A stretch of DNA of 64,000 nt from Macrostomum lignano (taxonomy: Eukaryota). Position numbers and translations under genes: made by a program. Location of the stretch: positions 1 through 64,000 of the forward strand of contig NIVC01003131.1 of assembly GCA_002269645.1 (NCBI GenBank), in the 5' to 3' direction. Positions 22,291-32,901 of the stretch are shown here, piece by piece. Below the pieces are notes generated by a model, which saw only the letters and a program-made list of their open reading frames with translations, was not told where the DNA came from and ran no database searches. Every line of letters starts with the position of its first letter. Positions within the stretch are counted from its first letter, which is position 1.

Positions 22291-23559
22291 GAAACATACT
22301 ACTTGAAGTAGCTGCAAAGGCGCCAAGAGATGTGCAACAAGGTAATAACAGGCAATAAAATAATTTATGCGGACAAGCAGGTAGTCAGAAAAATCAATCA
22401 GAGATCCCAGCCGCCCTCTCACAGCACTGCAGCCAATTAGCAATTTGAAATTTCTGCAGCTCTATAAAAGCTCAAGCGACAATAAAATCCGGTAAGCCCA
22501 AATTATGAGCAGTTTTATGTCGGCTGCAGAGTGCGCTGGGCGTTGCAGAAGCAGCTGGGAGACGGTTCCCGGGAAACTCCCCACTCATCCCTAAAACCCC
22601 ACGGAGTAAAAGAGGGCGTGGACTGCAGGAGCAGGGGACCGGGCGAGCGCTCAGACTCAGCCATTACGAGTATTGCCAAACTCCATCAGGCCCAAGTGCA
22701 TTTTAGGCTTTTGTGAATTTTCCAAAGCATTATTCTCTTTTTTCTCACTTCTCCAGCAGCCAAGACCTGCCGGACCAGGTGCTCCGCTTCTCAAACTGCC
22801 TTGCGCTGCCTGCATTTAGACAGCAAAAAAAGCAAACAGCGTGGAGGCGAAGAAGGGCGGATGGATGGGGGAGAGGAGGCTGAGCAGCGGTAAAGAATCC
22901 TGTATCCACGAGCGCTTTAAACACGATCGCTGCCTGCCTATCCGGCATGCACTTTTTATGCGAATAATAATCAGGAGCTGCACTGTGCACATTGGACAAT
23001 GAGAAAGTCGTACAGTTGTCTGCAATTGAGACACAGCGGCTGATTGAAAACTGACTACAGACTCCACTAAGTAGACCCAGGAACCAGCTTCTAACCTGTA
23101 CAAACTCAAAGCCTAATAAATTATAAAATTTAGAAATTGGACAATAAAAAGCTATTGCAAAATGCAATACATTTGTGAGTTAGAATCCCAGAATGAGACA
23201 AGCAGCAGAAGGAAGGTAGGCATGAGAACTGCTTCCGCAAAGCAATGCTACGTAGATGAGCCCGGGGCTGTGTAAACTTTTAGAATTGCCAAGTACAAGA
23301 TCAGGGTAGTGGAGCCAGACAGACAGACGGAAAAAAGTTAGTTCGGAAACTTGCACTCCAGAGAATACTTCTGGGACAAATTCTTATTCAATTAGATGAC
23401 CTTGACTTGATCCACGACCATGTGACTAAAATACATTGACTTCGCGGTCTTGCACTTTTAAGCATCGATAACTTGAGGGACCACGGAATATACATGTACA
23501 ATCCGCAAGTGCGGAATCACGTGCATTCTGAAGGACGCCATTGCGATCACTTAAACTAA

Positions 23560-23850
23560 AAAGCAACCCTGGAATTACGTGACCTACAGAAGCAACCTTG
23601 GGATCACGTGACCTACAGAAGTAACCTTGCGATCACGTGACCTACAGAAGCAACCTTGGGATCACGTGACCTACAGAAGCAACCTTGGGATCACGTGACC
23701 TATAGAAGTAACCTTGCGATCACGTGACCTACAGAAGTAACCTTGGAATCACGTGACCTACAGAAGTAACCTTGAGATCACGTGACCTACAGAAGCGGCC
23801 TTGGAATCATGTCAACTATAGAAGCGACGTTGGGATCACGTGACATACGT
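23560..23850. repeat. 29-bp minisatellite containing TCACGTGA
   Basis: CCTTGGGATCACGTGACCTACAGAAGCAA. Confidence 0.93.
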
Positions 23851-23907
23851 AATTTTGAATAAGTAATTTTGCAGGTTTTAAAGATGTTTAGAAAATGAAA
23901 AGCTCAC

Positions 23908-24219
23908 CCGCTCAGATAGGGCATTGTAGCGAATCGACAGCTGATCTCTCTCGGCTCGCGTATCGGCGAGCGCCTCCTCCAAGCGATTCAGCTCCCGCTG
24001 GAGGCGAGCGACCTCGTCGCCGGAGCCGACTCCGCCGCCTGAGCCGACGCGCCCACCGACGCCGCTCCAATCGGCGACGCCGGAACCGGTTCCAACCGGA
24101 TCGTCCAGGTTTCTAGTTATCGAGTCTCGAATTCGAGCTGAAACTCGCTCCCGTCCGCCGGTGCCTGTGCGCAGGTAGCCGCCTGATTGACCTTCTTTGA
24201 GCACCGACTGTTCCAGTCT
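23908..24219 (-). CDS. CROCC: Upstream internal rootletin exon (RLEQSVLKEG...EVARLQRELNRLEEALADTRAERDQLSIRYNALSER)
   Basis: Acceptor ctcccctaacag|, donor |gtgagc. 312 nt, phase 0-0, coiled coil, same strand. Its upstream exon was not identified. Confidence 0.75.
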
Positions 24220-24331
24220 CTGTTAGGGGAGCGCGGGCTGCAGATTTTAGAGTTTTCGAAACATATTGGATAAAATAATCCTAACAGTCAGTTTCAATAA
24301 CGATAGAATTATTTCATAAATAAACGACATT

Positions 24332-24719
24332 TTCGATACATATCGGCTACATATGTTATACCAGCAAACTAATTACTGAATCATAGGTCCATTCGATACA
24401 TATCGGCTTTACTCGAATCAATAGCTACACACTAACTGCATCCAGGTTCTACTATTTCGATACATATCGGCTACCTAAAACCACAGATACTATAATAACT
24501 TATTAATAATAGCTTATTATTTATAATAACTATAATAACTTATTATAATACCTATAATAACTTATTACGAGTATAATACCCATAATAACTTAATTATTAT
24601 AGTACCTGTGCGTAAAACTAAACACTGATTGCATCCGGCTAAAACAATTTCGATACATATCGGCTACCTGCAACTACACACGATTATATTCGACTAAAAC
24701 AGTTTCGATACATATCGGC
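24332..24719. repeat. Five interspaced copies of the 16-mer TTCGATACATATCGGC
   Basis: Starts at 24332, 24392, 24456, 24649 and 24704; a sixth copy is at 5308. Confidence 0.9.
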
Positions 24720-25389
24720 AAGATAAAATACTCCAAACTAATTGTTATGAGATTTGATCTTGCTAAAACTTACAATTTTTATTACTTACCCGCAAAGTAA
24801 CTCAACTGTTGAAATAAGTTTTTTAAAAATCTTTTTTTACTGAAATTTACTGTTATCAAGTTGGATCAGTTCGAAAGCGCAACAAACAGTGCATTATATG
24901 CAGTTTATTTATTTGGCTTCTTCTAACCATCCTCGCCGCAGCACCAACCCCAGCCACAAAGACAGCCTGCTTGAAGGAGACTCGGGCAAAAGCAGATGCC
25001 CACCTCACTCCCGCAGCTGAGAACTGCCTGCCAAAACTCGGCCCTTGCGGCAGACAGACATCATAGTTCAGTCTGGGCCCGGACTTGCTTATTAAAGCTG
25101 TTCACCTGCTCTAAAATAGTTTTTTATGCGCCAGACTGCTTGCCTCTGCATGCGCAGTTGAGCTCGAAATTGCACTCGATGCCTTACTCAATTCTTTGCG
25201 AGACTTTTCTATTAGCTGATATTAGTAAAATTGAAACTCGGCACTGGACAGTCGGCTGCGCAATAAAAAACTGGAGAGCTGATACCGAATTCTGGCGCAC
25301 GCGCAACTAGCGGCTGTGGATTTCATTTGTCTGTTTTATTAAATAAGAATGAAGTGGAAAAAAATAAAGTAAGAACAAAACGCGACTGG

Positions 25390-26660
25390 TAAAAGGAGAG
25401 TGGAGAGGGTAAAGGGAGAGTATGGGATAGAGGGAGTAGAGTAGAGAGAGTAGAGGTAGATTAGAGGGTAGAGGGATAGTAGAGGGTAAACGGAGAGTAG
25501 AGGGTAAACGGAGAGTAGAGGGGTAGAGGGAGAGTAGAGAACGTAGTAGAGCAGAGAGGGTAGAAGGCGAGTAGAGTGGGTAGAGGGAGAGTAGAGGGTA
25601 GAGGGAGAGTAGAGTGGGTAGAGGGAGAGTAGAGGGTAGAGGGAGAGTAGAGTGGGTAGAGGGAGAGTAGAGGGTAGAGGGAGAGTAGAGTGGGTAGAGG
25701 GAGAGTAGAGGGTAGGGGGAGAGTAGAGTGGGTAGAGGGAGAGTAGAGGGTAGAGGGAGAGTAGAGTGGGTAGAGGGATAGTAGAGGGTAGACGGAGAGT
25801 AAAGGGTAGAGGGAGAGTAGAGAAGGTAGTAGAGTAGAGAGGGTAGAAGGCGAGTAGAGTGGGTAGAGGGAGAGTAGAGGGTAGAGGGAGAGTAGAGAGG
25901 GTATAGGGAGAGTAGAGAGTAGAGAGTAGAGTGTAGAGAGAGTAGACAGTATAGGGAGGGTAGAGTTTAGAGAGAGAGTAGAGTGTAGAGGGAGAGTAGG
26001 AGTCGACGGAGAGTAGACATTAGAGGGAGTATGGGGTAGAGGGAGAGTAGAGAGGGTAGAGGGAGAGTAGAGTGGGTAGAGGGAGAGTAGAGGGTAGAGG
26101 GAGAGTAGAGAAGGTAGTAGAGTAGAGAGGGTAGAGGGAGAGTAGAGGGGTAGAGGGAGAGTAGAGAGGGTAGAGGGAGAGTAGAGGCTAGGGGGAGTAT
26201 GGGGTAGAGGGAGAGTAGAGGGTATAGGGAGAGTAGAGAGTAGAGTGTAGAGAGAGAGAGTAGACAGTAGAGGGAGGGTAGAGTTTAGAGAGAAAGTAAA
26301 GTGTAGAGGGAGAGTAGAGTCGACGGATAGTAGACATTAGAGGGAGTATGGGGTAGAGGGAGAGTAGAGAGGGTAGAGGGAGGGTATAGAGGATGGAACG
26401 AGAGTAGAGAAAGTATTGGAACAGAAAGAGAGGAGTAGAGGGGATAGAGGGAGAGTAGAGGGGATAGAGGGAGAGTAGAGAGGGTAGAGGGAGGGTATAG
26501 AGGATGGAAGGAGAGTAGAGAAAGTATTGGAACAGAAAGAGAGGAGTAGAGGGGATAGAGGAAGAGGGGGATTAGCAGGAGAGGGAAAGGGCAGGTGGAG
26601 ATGGAAAAAATAGAGAAAGAGGGTAGAGAAAAGAGAAGTAGAGGATAAGCGTAGGTTAGA
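25390..26660. repeat. Polypurine low-complexity repeat (GTAGAGGGAGAGTAGA-like)
   Basis: Direct reading. Confidence 0.92.
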
Positions 26661-27519
26661 GGGGAAGAGCGGGACCCAACAACTCTTGCACAAGAGCCAG
26701 CCCCCAAGGCGCAGGTTGTGCACTGTCTGATTATGGAAAAGTCAGGGCACCCTGTACACCCTGCGAGCGCGTGCTCAGCGGGAATGGGCGGTGTTTGCTC
26801 AGCCTGAGCAGCATACTCGCAGTAGCACATTAGGACCTGCACTCTCACACACGCGCAGAGAGCTCACAGCTGGCACAAGGCAGACACAAAAACAGAATAA
26901 CAAGAAAGAAGTTAAAGAACTTGAAAAACCTCGTCAGTCCCTCCCTCCCTCCCTACACTACTGTCTGTCTGTCTGTCCGGCTCAGTTTAACGGTGCCAAG
27001 CGCTTAGTGAATACGAACGAACTCCCTCGCTTAAAGCTCAGCTCAAAGCCCCTTGGCAACCCAGCAGAGAGACAGAATGGCGATACACGAGTAGATATGG
27101 AATTGTCTTCTGCTCAGCCAAAACCTTCACAGACTTAAAAACACAATATGAGCTCAAACTACAGCGGAGGGTTGGGGGCTGAGAGTTGACAGCATAACGC
27201 CCCGGCAAAAGCTCGTCAGGTCTTCATTCTTCAAGAAACCGAATACCTACCTAACAGCAGACAAGGCGCTCAGAATGGCAGTGTTAGAAATTCAATTTCA
27301 TGCTTCATATCGCACAATATTTAAAGACTGCAGCTCAAAGTTGCTCGGCTGTGGCTGCAGTACAATGCTCTTACTGATCATTTATCTAAACCGTTCTCTA
27401 GCGTCAAAGCCTACTACTCACTTAAGAAGCTCGCTATGGAGCATATCCAACTTAACTTGGTTTTTGATGTGTTAAAACATACAGACTCGCTATATGTACC
27501 CTAAGTATCCCTAAATATC

Positions 27520-28080
27520 TACTAGAAAGCCTACTGGATTCACTTTATCTACCCTAAAACCTACCCGATTCGTTGTATCTACCCTAAAACCTACCCGATT
27601 CGTTGTATCTACCCTAAAACCTACCCGATTCGTTGTATCTACCATAAAACCTACTGGATTCATTTTAACCACCCTAAAACCTACGAGTACCGGATTCGCT
27701 ATATCTACCCTAAAATCTACCCGATTCGCTGTATCTACCCTAAAACCTACCCGATTCGCTGTATCTACCCTAAAACCTACCCGATTCGCTGTATCTACCC
27801 TAAAACCTACCCGATTCTCTGTCTCTACCCTAAAACCTACCCGATGCACTTTTTCTACCCTAAACCTACCCGATTCGCTGTATCTACCCCAAAACCTACC
27901 CGATGCATGTTATCTACCCTAAAACCTACCCGTTTCGATGTATCTACCCCAAAACCTACCCGATTCGCTATATGTAACCTAAATATCTACCAGAAAAAAA
28001 CCTACCGGATTCACTTTATCTGCCTAAAATACCTAAAACCTACCAGATTTGCTATATCTACACTAAAATCTATTGGAATC
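27520..28080. repeat. 30-bp minisatellite ACCCTAAAACCTACCCGATTCGTTGTATCT
   Basis: Direct reading; degenerate at the edges. Confidence 0.9.
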
Positions 28081-29975
28081 GCTATAGATATTCTAAAGGT
28101 TACTAAACTTGCAATGCCCTACTTTAAAACCTGCCATATCAATCTGCCTACCCTTTAAGAATAATAAGTTTGGGGTATCTACCAAAAAGCAGTACTCACC
28201 GAGATAACAGTCTACTCAAGTTGTAACTTATCTGATAAAACCTGATTTGCTTACTTAATCCATTGGAGAAACCTCACAAATCTGCATAGAGATGTTTCCT
28301 ACTAATCAATGATTCCATAAAAATACATTAAAGTTGCAAACGATACTACTTACAGTAAAACATTAAAGAAATGACGATATAGCCTATAAAACAAATATTG
28401 TATAATCGTGAAAAGCCTAACTCACGTGAATAACTTTTTCCAGTTTTTGATCCCGCTCTCCTGATGTCATAGCATCTGCAATGTAAAAATGAACACTTCA
28501 ATTGAGCTGAGTCACAGAAGCTTTACCTTAAAGAATCAAATCTTGGCCATTGATCAAATATTATCATAGGAAATTATTGGTCAAGGAGATAAAGTTTAAT
28601 AGGTCTAATCAACTTAAGTTTATTAATTCTAGAGGGATAAAATAAGAAATAGCCTACACAGTTTTATATAGCATTTTGGCCATTTTGATTAATTTTCAGG
28701 CCTTAATGACTTAATATAACAAGCCCATGTGATAACTGTCAGTCAATGCCAAAAATGTTTGAATAAATCCATCACAAAAAACTCCCAAGTATACTTTGAA
28801 TTAAAAGGTATTGCATTGTAATATATCATAGAAAAAGTAGGAAAATAGTTTAGTGTTCAGTATATTTAGTGGCACACTTCATATTATAACAAATATAAGT
28901 TCTTTGGGTTTACATCAGATAATTAGTCATATTTCAAATTACAATTATAGCCAAGCTAAAAAGGTAACCAAACAAATTTTTGCCAAATATACCTTACCCC
29001 TTGTAGCTTAGATTTATATAAAACTTATATGCTAGAAAACATTCTTCCTTAGCCTTGACATCTTAGCAATCCCTCCATAACTATTGATATCTTAGCCATT
29101 CCCCTAAAAACCTTGACATTTCAGAAACTTCCCTTGTAATCATTGACATATTAACAATCCCCTATAAGCTTTGGTACCTTAGTAATTCTCTTTAAAAGTC
29201 ACAGAATTGTGGCAATTTGCAATTTTGCCAAGCATTAATATCTTAGCAATTCCTAATGAATCTTTTATATTTGATATAATGGTTTTTTATGCTAGACACG
29301 ATGCTCATTTTATTTTCAACATAATATTTTATATGCTTGATATGATATAATACACTACTTTGGTATTTAACATACCACTTTTTAATTCCAACATTAATAA
29401 AAGCCTTTAATAAAGAAATTTTACATTACTAAGATTTGAACCAAGGTTGTTACATTAGCAATTCAGTCTATTCACATCTAGTCTAGGCCTAGCTCTTATC
29501 AATTTGATAACATAAATTGTAGCACTAATATTTCAATATTTATACTAAGTTAATTAGAATAAGTCACATGAAGCAATCATAACATAATCAATCAATCAGA
29601 TAGTCAGTATTAGTCTCTATCTAGTTTAGAAGAACACAATTTAGCCAGTAAATAAAAACAAATAGAGCCTAGTATACTGTGATCTTTACTTTATTAGAAT
29701 TAGAACTTAGCTTAATAATTTTTTTCCAACATTTGTTATAATGAATTTCAAGCTGAAAGTCTATTAAATTTTGTGAAAAGCATAATTTTCACTGATTCAA
29801 TCCCTTTAACATTGAGCAATTTCTTAGCTATGACATATATACTAAATACTATTATATGAAGAGTACAAGTTTCACAAAAATCAGTCAAGCCATTTTTATT
29901 AAAAATTAATATATGATGAACATATAGACAAACCATTCTTAGTAAATTTAGGATCTTAGAAACATTTTTTATTAG

Positions 29976-30319
29976 AAGCAGGGGGTTGTGTGCACCCTGG
30001 CGCACTTTAAGCGACATCAACACACAACTGGCAAGAGGCATTACTGCCCATTCTGCCGACTCCCCTTAGTAGGCATACAAACGTGAGGATATATACACAG
30101 GCACACACTCACATAGGTGTACAGCAGCCCTAACTTTATATTATCTTTAGGCATGTACACTTCACTGTGCCTTGGGGGGTTGGCTCTCAAGGCCATTAAT
30201 TGTACGAGCAGAGCCAAGCTGAGATTCCAATTCAGCCCCAAATTAATGTGACTGCACTTGGAATCAAGCCTGGGTTGCTGGCATACCAAAGCAGCTATGC
30301 TACCGCTGGGCTATGCCCC
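29976..30319 (-). mobile_element. tRNA-derived SINE, most complete copy in the window
   Basis: 5' end GGGGCATAGCCCAGCGGTAGC (A-box like), degenerate B-box GGCTTGATTCC, body shared with copies at 2845, 53631 and 54452. Confidence 0.7.
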
Positions 30320-30509
30320 CCTATCTTAGAAACATAGTAAAGGTAGGTAGATTGATCCCATTATTAACCTTAGTTTAGGCTAAGTACATAAGTAAAAACT
30401 CTAAAGTAAAGTAATTAGAGCAATTAAGCACAAATTTATTTGTTCTGCATGATAAGTCCTGCAAAGTTTCTTGCTAAATTGGACAAGAAAAATTGTCTCT
30501 AGCAAATTA

Positions 30510-30810
30510 CAACTTCGTAAATTGCTACTTGCCAGTTTTGGTTAGATTATCGCTAGCAGATTTTGGCTAACAAAATTCCTGTTAGCAGATTTCGGCTAGC
30601 AAAATCCTCACTAGCAAAATTCCTGCTAGCAAACTTCAGTTAGTAGATTTTGGCTAGCAAACTTTGTCTAGCAGATTTCGGCAAGCAAATTTTAGATAGC
30701 AGATTTTGGCTAGTAGATTTCGGCTAGCAAACTTCGGCTAGCAGATTTCGGCTAGCAAATTTCTCGCTAGCAAACTTCGGCTAGCAGATTTCCTGCTAGC
30801 AAATTTCATA
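30510..30810. repeat. Degenerate repeat of about 20 bp (AGCAGATTTCGGCTAGCAA)
   Basis: Direct reading. Confidence 0.8.
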
Positions 30811-31202
30811 GACCCATTTCAATCCCCATAATTATACCATAGAATCTAATAATAAATCTAGTAACTTAATATTAGTACAAAAGAAGAAATAATTAATAGT
30901 AATTCAAAAGGCGCTGCATTAAATTAAGCCATCACTAAAAAATCACTAAAAACAATCACTCAAATTACCCTAAATATATGCAATTAAATTTAGGCCTGAT
31001 TTAATTTATTAATGAAAATATTTTGTAGTGGGCCCCTAGCTCGAATTAATAATAATTAATAATAATAATAGCAGTACAAAAAAAATCATTTCGCGTCCTG
31101 CTTCTTGTTCTCTGTTACACAGTAGCACCGACATGAGACTGAGAGGGTCAGGTCGGAAACCACCACAGAGAGGAGAGTCAAAAGTCAAAAAGGGTGAAAT
31201 AA

Positions 31203-31517
31203 TGTAGTACACCTTAATTTCGTAATTTAAATTGGTGCCAACTCGAGGCGTGTGTTAAGTAAAGCAAAGTAATCGCATAGCAATGTAATAATACACGTAT
31301 ATTTTCGTTTCGTTCAATAATTTATATTCGTAACTTTATATCAGCTGAATTTCATCGCCTTAGCTCGATGGTGAGTCCAATAAATGCTGAATCATAGCTC
31401 GAACTGTTACTGGCCATGCTTTAGAGTGTGCCTAGTAAGCAGGCAGCTGTGCAAGCTTGTGATTGGGCGGTCAAGGCTCAAAGTCAAATTTAGTGTCCTG
31501 CCTCCGTTCCTGTTACA
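31203..31517 (+). repeat. 5' LTR
   Basis: TGTAGTACAC...CTGTTACA. Differs from the 3' LTR at 2 positions by eye. Contains AATAAA. Confidence 0.97.
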
Positions 31518-31519
31518 TT

Positions 31520-31537
31520 TGGCGACCACGCCAGGAC
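31520..31537 (+). other. Primer binding site, probably tRNA-Arg type
   Basis: TGGCGACCACGCCAGGAC starts 2 nt after the 5' LTR. It resembles the complement of the tRNA-Arg(TCG) 3' end (TGGCGACCACG...GGAC). Confidence 0.75.
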
Positions 31538-31588
31538 GAATTTCTTCATAGCATAAAAGACCGAAGGTTGCACCTGTCATCGATCATC

Positions 31589-32901
31589 ATGTGGTCAGAA
31601 CGTGAGGCAGAAGAGCCTCAACGGCTAAGACTGAGAAATCGCGATATTTTACGTCCGACCGCTGCGGCTACGGCTTACACCTCTTCGTCAACCAGTGAGC
31701 CAGAATCCGAACGGGAGGCGAACTGGCGGCGCTATCAAGAGCTTCGTGACCTCGATCCTGTGCAAATCTCTGTCGATGAAGCACGCTGCTGTCAGTCTCA
31801 AGTGCCAGTGCCCCCCGGGCCCGGCCAACCGTCAACGAACTACATGGCGACGGGAGACTCATTCCTGCTGGACACCAGGCCTTCCGCGGCAGCTGCGGCA
31901 GCTGCAGTGACACATCCACCAAGACCCTCTGTGCACCGTATGGCCGAACCATGGGCTCCGTTGCTCCAAGGCGGATCTCACCCTGGCGCTGGCGACCGCA
32001 ACCTGTGCGCACCGGTATATCAACAAGCAATCCAGCTTCCGTCGGTGCCGAAGCCGGCGCCCTTCAACGGATCCGAACCGTTCGATGACTTTCTGGGTCG
32101 AGTGTCTTCGTATTTAAGCCGGCACCAAGGACTGAGTGACTACAGCAAGATCAACACGCTCAGCAGTTACCTGGGACCAGCATTCGCTACCTACGAGGTC
32201 TGGCTCTACCAACTGTGCGCGCAGCATGGACAGCCCGTTGGGACTTCACTGCAGTTCCTGCCAGGTGCCCGCTATGAAGATCTCCTGCAGCACCTTCGCG
32301 CTCGTCATGGCGGTGCCACCAGCACTGCGCTACTTCGGCGCGAGCTTCACAGTCGGTGCCGGGGCAGGGACGAGAGGTTCGAGGATTTTCTGACTGCCCT
32401 CCAGCGACTCGCGTTCAAGGCCTACCCAGAGCTCGGTGCTCAAGACTGTCGCCAGCAGACTGTGCTTGAGCGGTTCATTCAAGGGCTGAACGACAACTAC
32501 GTGACGGAGCGGCTGCTTAATATGCAGCTGCCTCTTACTACACCGGATCAGGCCCTGCATTATGCCCAGCAAGTGCGCGAGACCCGGCAGATAATGAATT
32601 CCCAGTCGCAGCACCACAGCGCCGAGGCGTCAGCTCCAGCGGCACCGGTTCAGTCAACACCGACAGGAACCCGACCGCAGCATGGGCCACAGACGACACA
32701 ACATCACCAGCCAGCGGCTCATCGAGCGCAGACAGCCCCAGCGCCACCATGGAGATCAGCTGACGCCGCTGCACATCAACAGCAGCAGCCTAGGGCGGTG
32801 CCCATCTGCTACGGCTGCCATCAGCCTGGCCACATCCGCCGGAGGTGCCCAAACGCTGGGGGGCTGGTCCAATGGGCCAGCACCGGCCCTCTCAGCACTA
32901 A
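31589..32901 (+). CDS. gag: Gag with C-terminal CCHC zinc knuckle; the end shown assumes a missing G at 32858-32863
   Basis: First ATG at 31589. Capsid-like FLTALQRLAFKAYP...FIQGL segment and knuckle CYGCHQPGHIRRRC. As sequenced, the frame runs on to 33130. Confidence 0.8.

Noticed and set aside
24332-24719. CRISPR array
   Set aside because: The context is a eukaryotic intron with no cas genes. The repeat is only 16 bp, the spacers are irregular (39-177 nt), and they share some sequence (CTAAAACA, TGCATCC). Kept only as a motif finding.
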